NCBI GenBank assembly: GCA_009602725.1
Contig: WELB01000017.1
Coordinates: 214,184-264,436, forward strand
Source of the DNA: Spirogloea muscicola
Taxonomy: Eukaryota
Direction of reading: 5' to 3'
Length of the DNA: 50,253 nt
Shown here: piece after piece, positions 10,716 to 23,513 of the stretch
Layout of the letters: every line of letters starts with the position of its first letter
How positions within the stretch are numbered: position 1 is the stretch's first letter
Made by a program: the position numbers and the translations under genes
The notes under the pieces: generated by a model
What the model saw: the letters and a program-made list of their open reading frames with translations, nothing else
Databases searched by the model: none
What the model was told of the DNA's origin: nothing

Positions 10716-13700
10716 CTAGACTGCCAAAAATTCTGAAATTGTCTGGCCTGGGGTGCCCGGAGCAGCCTCAGCTGCAAGTGACTGGCTTTTGCAGTTGCTG
10801 TGGATGGGTGGCTTCTGCGGCTTATGGGAACGTTTGGCTGATGCGAGCTGCTTGTCCAAGAGCAAGGGCCTGACGTCAACCTGAAAACCTGCATCTCTAA
10901 GCTTTCCTGCCGTGGCGTCTGCATCATCCTGGAGACAGAAAACAAGGCTGCATTTATTTTCAGCACAGATGACAATGCAGACTGCAGACAACATTGCAAA
11001 TACGGAGCATGAGAATACAGAGCCATGGAACTGTCATAGAACCAGGTTGCCACAATTGCTATTGCAGTAATGGCCTTTGCTTACTGTGTTGGAAGTGGGG
11101 CCGAAGTAGACGTACTCCAAACAGCCGGCCTCGCCCAACCTGGTTAGGTCGAGTGCCCTCTCGCCCTCATCCCCGAGCTGCTGTGTGGTGGTAGCACCAT
11201 CACCCTCCCGAGTTCCCAAGCGGAAGGAGGCCGTTTCATCCAGCCCCAAGGCATTGTCGCCCTCGGCCCCAGGGATGATTGTGATGACAACAGGGACGGT
11301 GTGAATTACCTGGTTCTTCCGCCGCCTGCCTCGCTGCTGCAAGCCCCTCCCAGCTAGGACCCGCTCCAGGATGTTCTGCTTGCTCTTATCAGTGGCCTCG
11401 GCGGGCGTCAGCTGCACGCACACGATGCGCGCCTTGTCAATCTCCACTGCGCCGCGCACCATGATCTGCATGTCGGCTGGGCTCGCAGCTGCCAAAGCCA
11501 AGCCAAGCCCCAGCTCGTCGCTAGCAGCCTCCTCTTTCATCCCGGCACTCTTGCGGTCCCCCCGCCGCTCCAGCTCGCCATACACCAGCAGCAGCGCGTC
11601 CTCCCTCAAGAGATCCTTGACGCTGGTGTACGCGGGGTCAAATATGACGCCCTCCAGCTGCCCCGTGCAGTCATCCAACTGCACTGTGGCAAAGTGGCGC
11701 CCAGCCTTGGTCACCTTCTTGGTGACCTCCCCGACAAGCACCGCCATCGTCACGAGCTTCCCTTCGTTCTCAGTCTCGCCTACATCGCAAAGCTTCAAAG
11801 GCACCGACCACTCCGGCAGGCGCTCCAGCAGAGGGCCTATTGGGTGGTCTGGCCAGTACCCCAGCAGGTCCTTCTGCTCCTTGCACCGCTCCTCGCGGCT
11901 CTGCTGCACCCGCGCGGCCTGCCTCCTCTCCTCCTCCTCCTCCTCTGGGCTTGCCACTGCTTCCGCAATGCTTGCCGCCGCATCAGCAATGGCACTTGCT
12001 TTCCGAGGCCTCCCTTTTCTCTTTGCGCCCTTCTTCAAAGCTGAGCCCTCACCATCTTCCCCTGTTTTGGCCTCCACTACTGACAGGTTCGTGGTGGCCT
12101 CGGCCGTTTGTGAAGCTTCTCCAGCAAGCAGCAATGCACCATCTACCTCTTCATCGCCCCCGTCGTGTGGCCTGGCGCATGCACTGGACAAGCTATTGCT
12201 GCTACTTGCTGCTGTTCCATTCGGCAGGCTGTCCATATCCTGCTTTTGCTTCTTCTCTTCCTTCGCCGCTCGCCGTCGTTCCTTCAATGCCTCCTTCGAG
12301 CGTCGGTCAAGTTCTTCCTCAAGTACTTTCCACATCCAGGCCCGATTCACCCCCCTCCTTCCATCTCCATCCTCGTCATCGTCAAGATAATCAGCGCCCA
12401 AGCAGTCCAGTGCGCCGCTGCCAGAGAGGGCTTTGAGAGCCCGCTTCGGCACCACCTTCACATCCACTCGCTCGCACAAGGCCATCACTGACTTGAACGG
12501 GCCACCTTCATCTCGGATTTTGAGAAGTGCTACCACGGGTCCCTCGCCAATGTGCCTCACTGCCGTAAGGCCATGCCGTATAGCCCCAGTTGGATATTTG
12601 CTCAACATTTCAGCTGACAATGAATCGGCCTCCTTCCCTCCTCCGTGCCCTACGTCTGTGATCTCAACGGCAGCAGACAATGCATCATTTGCAGAGCTCC
12701 CTTGGTCATCGTGAAGCCCCTCCAGGTGTCCAGCTGCTGGTCCAACTCGTGCGATGGTGAAGTCCTCTCTTGATTCATTCAGGCAAGGAAGGAGGAGCTC
12801 AATCCTCATGGCTTGACACGCTGCAATGTAGCGCCTTATCTTGTCTGTGTCACTGGTGGCACAGCTCATAAGAGCAGCCATGTAGGCAACTGGGTAATTT
12901 GCTTTCAAGTATGCTGTCATGTAAGTAATGTACCCATATGCAGCACTGTGGCTCTTGTTGAAGCAGTACTCTGAAAATTTTACCTGTAAACCAGAAATTA
13001 CCAAGAATCATTCAGCAGAATCAAGTACATGGCCCCTCTGAAAGGAAGACACAAGCAAGTCGTCTGTGCTCCTGCTGATCAATATGTATGCAAAGCAGCC
13101 ATCTCCGTGTCTTTGTGTCAGTTTGTAGAGTTCACCATTAGTGTGTCAAGGGCTGAGTAGGCAACATCTAGCATACATGCGATGCTCTAGCTCAGGTGCT
13201 CACCATGGTTTCAAAAAGCTCCTCAGCAACCTTGGCCTCAACACCCCTGTCAATGGCCCCCCCCACAAACCTCTTGCGCTCCCTCTCCATATCTTCTCGC
13301 TTCTTCTTCCCCATAGCTCGCCGCAGTAGATCTGCCTGGCCAAGGCTGTAGCCTGCCAAGTCCCTGGCCATGCGCATAATCTGCTCTTGATAGAGGAGCA
13401 CGCCGTATGTCTCCTTCAGAATGGGCTCAAGCTCTGGAGTGGCATATTCAACCTATCAGGACAAGATCAGCACCACAGTTAGCGGCACTTGACAAAGACA
13501 ACCCAAAAGCAATACTATGCTGGGCATGGAGCAGAACATATAGCGGTCACATGATGGCAGGTAGCTGCTTTGGTTGATTTGGGCAAAGTTGGTTGATACA
13601 CAGACCAAGGTCAGGGTCATTGCATGCCTGCTTTACACCGTGCTTGCGATTGATGTACTCCTGCACCAGACCAGCATCCAATGGTCTGTTTGCAGGGCAT

Positions 13701-16700
13701 CAGACATGGCCACTATCAAGCTACAGCCTTGCATGAGGGAGAATTTTGTCAAGCTACAGCTGCCGAAGTCAGTAAACGAAGATGCCATACCCAGGACGGT
13801 AAAGGGCCAGAATGGCAAAGATGTCCTGGATGCGGGAAGGCTTCAGGTCTCTCACAACGTGCCGCATGCCACCAGATGTCTCCAGCTGCAATATCAGCGG
13901 CCATTGCGAAATTGGTGTGGAGCAATATCGACAGGTTTTTGTTTACAGGTCAGACGCAAAAAAACACAAAAAACCCAGGAGGGCATGAGCTATGGCCATA
14001 CCCTGCGCCTTAAATCTGAGAGCCACCCGGCGAGGCGGTGGCACTCAGAAACTCATGCATCCAGGAAAGCAGAGCAATGCAACAGACCTGAAAGATGCCG
14101 TCAAGATTGCCCGAAGCAAGGAGCTCGAAGGTCTTCTTATCATCAGTGGGCAGCTTTTCCATTGGGGGCAGATCGTCCCTAGAGGACTCTTTAACAAGCT
14201 CATAAGCCTTCCTGATCACTGTGAGGTTCTTTAAGCCCAATAGGTCCATCTTCAGAAGGCCCAGGGACTCAATGTCATCCATAGCATATTGGGTCACAAC
14301 TGCCCCCTGGTTGCCTAGAGCTCGCTGCAGCGGAACTGCCTGCATTGATAAAAGAAGAAATCAGTTGCATATTAAGCATTAGCCAAAATCATTCCTGTCT
14401 CTTGTGACCTCGGAGTGTTACAATCGTTAATATGGACAATGTGACCTACCTGTGCAGACCCTAAAGCTTGTCACTGCGGCCTGCAGGTTTGTGTTAGTGT
14501 GTAGTGTGTTTTCTGCGGCAAAGACATCACCCTGATTGTTTGCTAACAAAAGCAAGTGTGTGCATGGACTGAGTACCTCATTGAGCGGACGCGCAGCATT
14601 TGAAATCACAACACCGGCAGCATGGACCCCGAAAGATTTGTGGGTTCCTTCCAAGCATATGGCCATGTCGACCCATTTCTTGGTCTATGTTGCATAACAA
14701 AGGGGTATGTCAGTTGGAATTGCATCTGCTAGTTGTCGCAGGTGAGCACTTTCAAGTTTGTCAGCTTGTGTCCTTCTCACAAGCAACTGTTGGATGTTCT
14801 TTCTCCAATGCAATTATGATAACGTTCTGATCAGATGTAAAGCATTTGCGTACCTCTGGGTCTTGGTATATGTGAAGGAAGTCCTTGGAGGGTGAATTGT
14901 CAGACACCATAGCCTCTAGTCTCGTTGCCTTGCCCCTCACAGTTGGAACCTAATACCAGGGAGCAACGCCGTGTGCCTCTTGGAAATTGTGAGAGGACCA
15001 TTGCTGATCCGAGGTCTTAGGTATCACATACCCTGACATATGTGACATAGTCTACTAGACTAGATTCACCTGTGTAATACACTATGAGAATAGATACTCA
15101 CCATTTTGGCAATTGAATTAGTCTCAGCATAAGACAGGCCCATCACTCTGCCAACATCCTTCAGTACTGCTTTTGAAGTGAGCCGATTGAAAGTTGCAAT
15201 TTGCGCAACTCTCTCTCTCCCATACTTTGTGGTCACATACTCAATAACCTGCACCATGATCCTCGGTCATTACCATGACAATCTGGCAGTACCTTAGTAT
15301 TAAGGCCACTGGGCTCCCCAAAGCATGCCTTTATAGCATTAGGGCCCAGAGCTATTAACACAACGCCCTTTCCACTTCGATGCAAGCCTTCTTGACCAAT
15401 TCAAGACTGTCATAAGTGGTTCTACTAAAAACGAACAGTCTGCCAAGATATTCACGCCCAGCCCATTGATTATTATGTCATACTGGCACTCGCTCGAGTT
15501 CATTGATACCTTGTCTCGTTGTTCTGGACAAAAGTCGGTATCAATATCTGGCAATGAACGCCTCTCCTCATTCAGAAAACGCTCAAAAAGGAGCCCTGGC
15601 ATTGAAAATGTCCAGTGTATAATAAGACAGGCATTAGAAGCCCACACCTACAGGAGGGCCAGCAGGACATCTGCGCAAAGATTGACAGCATAAGTTCCTT
15701 GTAGTATGTCAATGAGTGTCCAAGATCTGACATACCATGCTTCACAGGGTCGATGTTGATGATGGATAGGGCATAGGCGACCAAAGATCCAGCAGCTGAA
15801 CCCCTGAAGAGAAGTGCCCCGTCAAGTTGAGAGATGTGACATGATCTGGCAAGCTCAACACTCACCGCCCCAAATCCAACATGACATGGGAGGCAATTTA
15901 CTGCACCTGCCAGGTCCAACCGGGATGTTGCAGTCACGAGCAAACTTGATAATGTCCCACACCACCTGGGGAGAGCAAGGGGCTTGCTTCTCAGCTGCAC
16001 CTCCTCCAGTCTCTTGTCAATGCACGGTGCAAGAGACTGAAGGACTGCAAGCTGAGCTCACAGTAGCAGACTTGTCAGGTAATATAAGACAATGCAGCTT
16101 TGACACCAAAGACGAACAGACAAGCCCCTGATAAGCAAGTAGCTTGCTTCGTGACAGCCATCAATACAAGGGCCAAGTTGACAAAATAGGCAGCTATACA
16201 AGGAAATATGCTGAGAAGCCCTGAGAAGCAATGACTGCCAACTCCGTTCTCAAGCGGTCCAAGTACACGGCAGGTACATCTATCATGGATTCCACCTCCA
16301 ATTTCTTGCACAGCCCCTCCTGAGCAACAAGCTGGCCGAGTAACAGAACACCGCAAAGGTCACAGATGCTTAATGCTACCGCTCTTGTCATTCATGCAGA
16401 TTGTTGTCTGTCAAATGTTGGAGTGCTCCAATTTCTACTTCACCCCAGTGTTGTGCTGCTGGATGCTGTGATCCCATCCCACTCAACTTACTTCGAGATA
16501 AGAGCTTTCGTCATGGCCAGGTGGTACATCAAAGTTAGGAAGTTGAGGTGCTTTGAAGAGTTGGTAATCTGACACCTGAGAACATTGCAGAGGCATATTC
16601 AATATTGCTCTGTCTAATATGTCAGTGTCACAAAGTACACTTCTTAAAACACCACTTCGTAGATTCAAGATGTTATAGCATCCCTGTCAATACAACCATG

Positions 16701-19700
16701 CAATGATCTACAGATACAAGATCTCTGAAGCAACACAAGGTGCATGTCAAACACCTTGGAGGCAATAACAGCAGTGTTGGCAATTGCAGATTGAACAACT
16801 TCTTGAGGCAATGTCTTAAATGAAGCTATCATCTCGTCCCTTGATTTCAGGTACTCTTGCCCACTGCCACAAACATGATCCCCATATTTCAAAATTGCAT
16901 GAGCAAAATTTTTCACAGGTGAACTGATGCATGGAAGCTGACCTGCACCTGCTTACCTGTATACTAATTTTGGCTTCTCAGTCAACTTTGAGCCCGTCTG
17001 CCAGTGAGGAGAAATAACACCACAATCTGTCAAGGTCAGCTTGTTGAAGGGTCATAAGAAGATAGGTCATATGTCAGGTCTTGAAAGGGAGCATTCCCTC
17101 AGCATGCTGTTCACACTGATCAGAGTTGGTGGGCTTCACATGAGAAGCTGCTCAATATGCGGTTAGCAACACATGATTACGCCCAACGAGCACTGAAGAT
17201 GCACCTTAATGCAGATCAGGGCCTTGTGCGAATCAAAATCACTGCAATGTGTAAAGTGAGAGTCATTGGTAGCAACTACATCTATATCCTGAGAACCACA
17301 AACACAAGGGTAGTCAGTTATTGGCATTTGTCTGGATAGATAACGTGCATAGAGGATGTGCAGATTGCTGGAACAACTTGTTCAAGTTGCTATTTGACCT
17401 ATCTTGCAGTCACAATAATTCAGTGTGCTCTTCAATTTGAAACGCAACGTACCAATTGTTGAGACAACTTGAGGATGCCTTTATTGATAATTTCATTGTC
17501 ATGCCTGCTGTGGTCCATAACTTCTAAGTAGTAGTCTTCACCAAACACTTTCTTGTGCCTAATGTCACAAAATGCAGCAATCTGCATTCAGTAATGCTTC
17601 CCCTCCTTGCACAAATGAGAGACTTTTCAGGTGGGAAGAGATACTGGCAAGGACATGTGCTAAGAACGCACCAGCTTGCAATCTCCTCAGCCCTAACCAT
17701 GTCCTGCTTCAGTAGCGCTTGGGCCAACTGATATCACCAGCATGTCACATGTACATGGCAGGTGCAACTTTCAGTAGGTGCAACTTTCAGTTAGTGCTTT
17801 CAATGCTCCAACAATGGAGCTCCAAAAGACTACGACAACATCTCCTTCCAGGTTGAGACCAACTGACTGGGCTGTGCAATGTTCAATTACTGCTCTCTCA
17901 TATGAGACATGCTGCAGGGAAGGAGTGACTAGCAGTCACCTCTCCAGACTGACAACCAGAACAAATAATAAGGCCCTCACTGTGAATCTGAAGTAGCTCT
18001 CTGCACATCACCCAGTTATTCTGAATCACGGCACGTTATGATCAGCGAATCAGCTCACAGATGACAACATGAAGCTATATAAGATAACAGTATCTGCATT
18101 TATAGTTCATGGCATCAGGGTGGACAGTATGTGACAGAGTATCTACACTTATCTGCAAAAGCACAGGTCACCACTTTTCTTGTCACTACTTTGAGAACAA
18201 GAGCAATTTGCAAGCCTGACTAGGAGGACAAAGTATCTGCCAAATGTACGCATAGTGACCACATATAGCAGTACATGTGGAGCGGAAATTGCCTGCTGAT
18301 GCAAGGCCTGCAAGGCCTGCCCTGCAGAAGAACATTGAAGAGGTTTGTATTCTGTGAGTCGCTGTTGAGGCACAGTGACCTAGCCCAGGCTTGACCAAGT
18401 AATATGAGGACAACAGATTCAGTTGGTGCAATCTGACCTTACCCCAAAAATTTTACTCTTTGTGTGAGACTTGACCTTGAGAATGCAAGCATCTCAAGAC
18501 AAACGGACAAGGTTTTCATGAGGTGCCTTGATTTGTGCATGTCCTACATCTCACAAGCAATCAATTACTCTACCAAAGAGGTGACAAGCTGACACCTACC
18601 TCCATTCCATGCAAGTGGGATTCACTGGTTAGCTTCACAAGGTTCTTGTACCCGTTGACGTCCTTTGCAAGAACTGTCAAATGGTACCTACAAGCAGATG
18701 CAAGGAGTTTGTTAGCTCTGCCAATCCAGAAAACGTTTTTAAGATCTGATTGCAACACGATGTTGGCCTTCTTATGACGGCCTTAGGGAATGCACAGCAG
18801 CCCTACACTTGCTCTGACCTTTTGCGTTCCTCCTGCTGTCCCTCGTTTCCATGTGCTATGTACATCTCATTTCCAATTATAGGCTTAATGCCAGCTGCTT
18901 TGCAAAGCTTCACAAGCTCTATTGCTCCGTACATAACTGCAAACATGGGCAAACAGTGGTGATGTGTTCATCATGGAATCTGCAGTATAACAATGATATA
19001 CGGTTGAAGCACCAGGAACACGTTTAGAAGAGCAAAGCGACAAGAGCCTGTCCAACAATACAACAATGTGGCCTGCTGCAACAGTATCTTGGTGCTCAGC
19101 TAAATGCATCACCAGAGGAACTTGCACCACCAAGTAGGGGTAAGAATCCCTCCAGACTCACCTCCATGGTCTGTAAGGGCCAGAGCTTTCATCCCCAGCT
19201 CCTTAGCCCTCTCCACTAGAGCAGGCAACTGCCCAAATGTTAATGCAACCAACACAATTAGCAGGTCAATCAAGAGCCAGGAACTCTCCATCACCTTCAT
19301 GTAGAGCAGACTGATGATGCTGACAGATTGAGAAAAGGAGTTCAAAGATCAACAATTATCTTGTCATTCAGTGTCAGCAATTATCTTTGTATCTGCATCC
19401 TGGAAGCGTCTTACTTCACACTCTTATCCTGATAGTGACCGAGCAATACATTCAGGCAGCACACCTGGCTCGCACCGTCAAGCAGGCTGAAATCGCTGTG
19501 CACATGGAGAGGGACAAAATCCAGCGTTGCCACCTCTGATGAGGTGCCCTCTGCCGGAACCTCTGTAGCTGCTGCGTTGGTCAAAGTCGTGTATGGCCCT
19601 GAGCTGCTTGACTGTATGGCAGCTAACGAAATAGGCCTCCTGAGCAGAGCCGGAGAACCAGGTAGCGCTGCAGATACGAAGGAGTATCCTCGAGGCCGGC

Positions 19701-19881
19701 AAGGCCTTGGGAAAGCGCCTGCACCGGCGAGGCAGCGGCTGGCCGGTGGGACGCTCTTGCGGACAATCACGTGGAGCACAACCGCGACTCTCGCTCCGAG
19801 GGCGTGTAGGCCTCCGCGCCACATGGCGCGGCACCCCGCGCCGGCTGCGACGGTGGCGCCGGGCGGGCCGCCGAGGGACAT
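10716..19881 (-). CDS. dnaE: DNA polymerase III alpha subunit (DnaE), cyanobacterial type, about 22 exons, with an N-terminal organelle-targeting-like extension
   Basis: PHP domain: [18 protein letters not shown] (exon 19881-19465), ALTDHG (19228-19162), [25 protein letters not shown] (~17260). Polymerase core: [35 protein letters not shown] (15596-15510), [57 protein letters not shown] large exon at 12983-11085 carries [16 protein letters not shown] and the OB fold. The last exon is 10928-10716. An alternative start at 19824 is possible. Confidence 0.93.
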
Positions 19882-20523
19882 GATGCCGCCGCGAACGCAT
19901 GGGCTAGCTCAGCCGTCGGCCCGCGCCGCCGGCTGGCCCCCCGGCGGCACTCGTCGCCGTGAGACGGACGGGACGGCGCGGCTGCCCGTGCAGCAGCTGA
20001 GCGCGGGCGAGCATCCTGGCGCGTCTCCGCGGGCGCTGCCCCGCCGCGCGTCGCGACGCGCCGGCTGGAGCTGCGGCAGCGGCGCCTTGGGGTAAACGCA
20101 GTGTATTGATGAGCAATGGAGGGCCAGAGTGGCCAAGTACACGGCAGGGGGAGCGAGGCTGCCGGCAGGCCCTTAACGGCGGCCGCTGGCATGCAGGCGG
20201 GAGGGGGGCCAGGCAATAAAACAGATCAAACAATGCGGCTGCTGCTGTACAGGACTGCGGCTGGAAAAGCCCAGGAAGGTGAATGTAAAGAGGCTGTTTA
20301 TATAAGCGGCGCGATAACGGAGGCCCGTCAGGCACATAAGGCCGCCGACGTGGCAGCCACGGTGGCGCGCGGCCCTGGTCGCCGCGCGGCCAGCCGCCGC
20401 CACATCTGGCGGCGGGCCCCCGGTTGGCGAGCGCCGCGCCCGCCGCTCGCGGCGCCGCGGCGCGGCCAGGCCATCGCCTGTGTCGACAAGGCGCTCTCCC
20501 TCTCCGGCGCAGCAGCGACGAAG

Positions 20524-23298
20524 ATGGCTCTCGCCGGAGGCTCCGCGGCGGCTGCTCCGCTTGCCGCCGCCGCCGCCGCCGGGCCCATGGCGATCCTCTG
20601 GGACATCGAGAATTGCGGCGTGCCTGGTAAGCACGAACGCTGGGAACTGTCTCGCCATCGTCTCGCCTCGCCGTTGGAGGTCCCTTTGATTGTGAGGAAA
20701 GCCATGCTCGCGGCTGATGGGCGCGGCTGGCTGGTCTGTCGGTGGAGCCCGGCAGGGCAGGTGCCGCCGGAGGACGTGGCCGGCAACATCCGCGGCGCGC
20801 TGCGCGGCCACCCCGCGGTGCGCGGCGCCGCCGTTACGGCCTTCGCCGCCTACGGCGACTTCAACATGTTCCCCAAGAAGCTCCGCGAGGGCTGCCAGCA
20901 CACCGGCGTCAGCCTCATCGACGTCCCCAATGGCAAGAAGGACGCCGCAGGTCAGCTGGAAACTGCCAGTGTCCGATAGATATCACCTCTGATAATTAAC
21001 GACCTCCCTCGTGGCAGCCAGCAGCAGGTAGCCACTGAGTGCTGTCGTGACACCGTCCTCCATTGGCGGCGAGTGCAGACAAGGCCATCCTCGTGGACAT
21101 GTTCCTCTTTGCGCTCGACAACCCGCCGCCGTCCACCATCCTCCTCATCTCCGGCGACGGCGACTTCTCCCCCGCGCTGCACAAACTCGCGCAGCGGGGC
21201 TACGCGGTGCTGCTGGCGGTGCCTGCAGGCGTCGGCGTCTCGCCGGCGCTCGTCAGGCATGATTCCACCTCCAGATCACGGCACAGCCTTATGCAAGAAA
21301 CCCATATGCTCAATCGACGTACAAATTATCCCAGGGCCTTGTTATCAGATGCAATGGCAAGAAGTGCGCCCAATCTGCCGGAGGCACGTGCAGCTTAACA
21401 TCACTAAGCAGGCAGCTGACTACGCTTATTAAGCTCACACATGCTGCGTTATGGCTATCCTTCCTGGCCGCAGAGCTGGCAGCTACGTGTGGGACTGGCC
21501 ATGCCTGGCAAGGGGGGACGGCTTAGTACCGGCCAAGTGCGCAATTCCGTACCGTCTCAGAACGACCTCAACATGTGGGCCACTCCACGGCACGCCGCCA
21601 CCACACCAGCCGCCGCCGCACCTGTCACAGCGCAGCGAAGGGGGCCATCCAGTCTGCGTCAATGGCCAAGTTGGCCAAGAGAGGTTGTGTGTCTATGCCT
21701 CAGCACACAGCAATTTGGTCGCGGCAGACTACAGCTTGGAGTCAGACCAGAACGAACGGGGCCAGCCACCAAATGATGGCCATTCTTCAGTTCATGGAAC
21801 TGGTCACAGGTGGTCTCCTGCTGCCGTAGAGGGTGGAGCGTTTCAAGATGTCAGCCCGAAGAGCCTGGCAGCCTATCTAGCAGGAGCCCCCTTGACAGGC
21901 CTTGCTGGCCCGCACGACATCGCACACAGTGCGAGCACCGGTGCATCAGTGGCCACGTCAGCGCCCGGTGCAGTCTGCGATGATGGAAGAGGCGGCGGCC
22001 ATGAGGCCGTCCCGGCATCTTGCGTAAGGTACAGCCAGCAGTCCGTGCAGCGGTCGTTCCAGGCCTGGGAGATGCACCCCAAGTACCATCCCCTGACCAG
22101 CACTGGCGCTGGAGGTGCCACTGCAGCAACGCCTCCTGCTGCTGGCGGCATCGGGCTCGAGGGAGACCCTACTGACAGACAGGGCAGCGTCGGCAGCGCC
22201 TTCGTCCAGCCTGGGGACCTGCAGGGCCTGAAGCGCCAGCTGGTCGAGCTGCTGCGGCTCCATGGCGGCCGGCTGGCACTTGTGCGGGTGCCGACCGAGT
22301 ACCGGCGGCACTATCAGCGGCCGCTGTACCTTACTGAGTATGGCGTCCCTAAGCTCAAGTACCTGCTAGAGCGGATGAGGGACGTGCTGGACGTGCAGGG
22401 CATTGGCGTCCGGAAACTGTTGGTTCTCAGAAACCCAGCCGCGAGGCAGCAGTTGCTGAAGCTGCAAAAGCACGGGGTGGCGAACGACGGCGACCAGAGG
22501 GTGGTCAAGGAGAGAGCCGATGCGGAGGCACAGACGAGCGGGACTGAGGAGGAGAGAGAAGTGGCAGCACCCGAGAATGCAGACGAAGTTGACGTGAAGT
22601 TGGGCAGGATCAGTGATTCGTCCCAGGTTGTCATCGTCAACACGACGCTGCAGGATACGACCTCGGACCCAGAGGAGACAGAGGAGAGCGAGGTAGAGGA
22701 CCCGGACGCGTTTGCAGCAACCGAGGCGTCCTTGACAGCAACATCTGAGCAGAAGCTGCTACAAGCTGGAGGTGGACTGGAGGAGGCAGCCAGCTTGAGC
22801 TACGGGGCCGAGGAGGCAAAGGGCTCAGCTTCATTGAAGCTTGGGGAGCTACAGAGCGGCAGGGAAGGCGAGAGTGAGATGCCTCCCACCTGTGCACCAG
22901 TGCAGCACTCACACTCCCCCAGCATTCCTTTGGAATTGCCAGCGGCAAAGCTGGTCGATGAAGGCGATACCGCTGAAGATGACGGCAGCGTGATCAAGCG
23001 GGAGCAGCTGGAACAGGCACAAGAAGGGGGCATGGCAGCGGATAGCAGAGGCGTGATGCCTAGCGGACGTGAATTGGATGCATTTGCGTGGGACCTTATC
23101 GAGCTGCTCGTGAGTTTTGGAGGTCTCCTACCCATGCATGCATTGGAGGACCTCTACCTGCAGAGGTACTCCCGGCCCGTAAGCCTGGTGTCGCTTGGTG
23201 CTCGTGACTTAGTCAGCTTGTTTCATATGTACAGCCATGTGGTTCGGTTGGAAACAGTGGACGGCTTCCAGTGTGTAGTCTTGAGAGGATATGATTAA
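20524..23298 (+). CDS. NYN-domain ribonuclease with OST-HTH/LOTUS domains (MARF1/limkain-b1-like)
   Basis: Exons 20524-20626, 20756-20950, 21079-21256 and 21474-23298. NYN motifs: ILWDIENCGVP, AYGD, GKKDAADKAILVDMFLFALDNPPPSTILLISGDGDFSPALHKL. LOTUS-like segments: LKRQLVELL..VPTEYRRHYQRPLYLTEYG and LIELLVSFGG..YLQRYSRP. Confidence 0.88.
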
Positions 23299-23513
23299 AA
23301 ATTGTACATAGATGTCATTATCTTGCAGCCCATTTTGCCAGCACATTGCTGGCACAGTGTGTCTATGCAGGCATTCATGCCGGCTCAGTGTTCACATCAT
23401 TTGTCATACAGAGCCGTTATGCCAATGAGCTCGGCCCAACTTGTATCTGTAATTGTGACGGTCATTGCTGAGTCGTCACTGGCATTTCAATAAGCGTCTG
23501 AAGTACTTGGACA

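Noticed and set aside
11371..12390. 339-aa plus-strand ORF and other long antisense ORFs in GC-rich exons
   Set aside because: These are shadow frames of real coding exons, with low-complexity translations and no motifs.
10716..19881. dnaE as bacterial contamination or a chimeric contig
   Set aside because: It has about 21 spliceosomal introns and lies between ordinary eukaryotic genes with similar composition.
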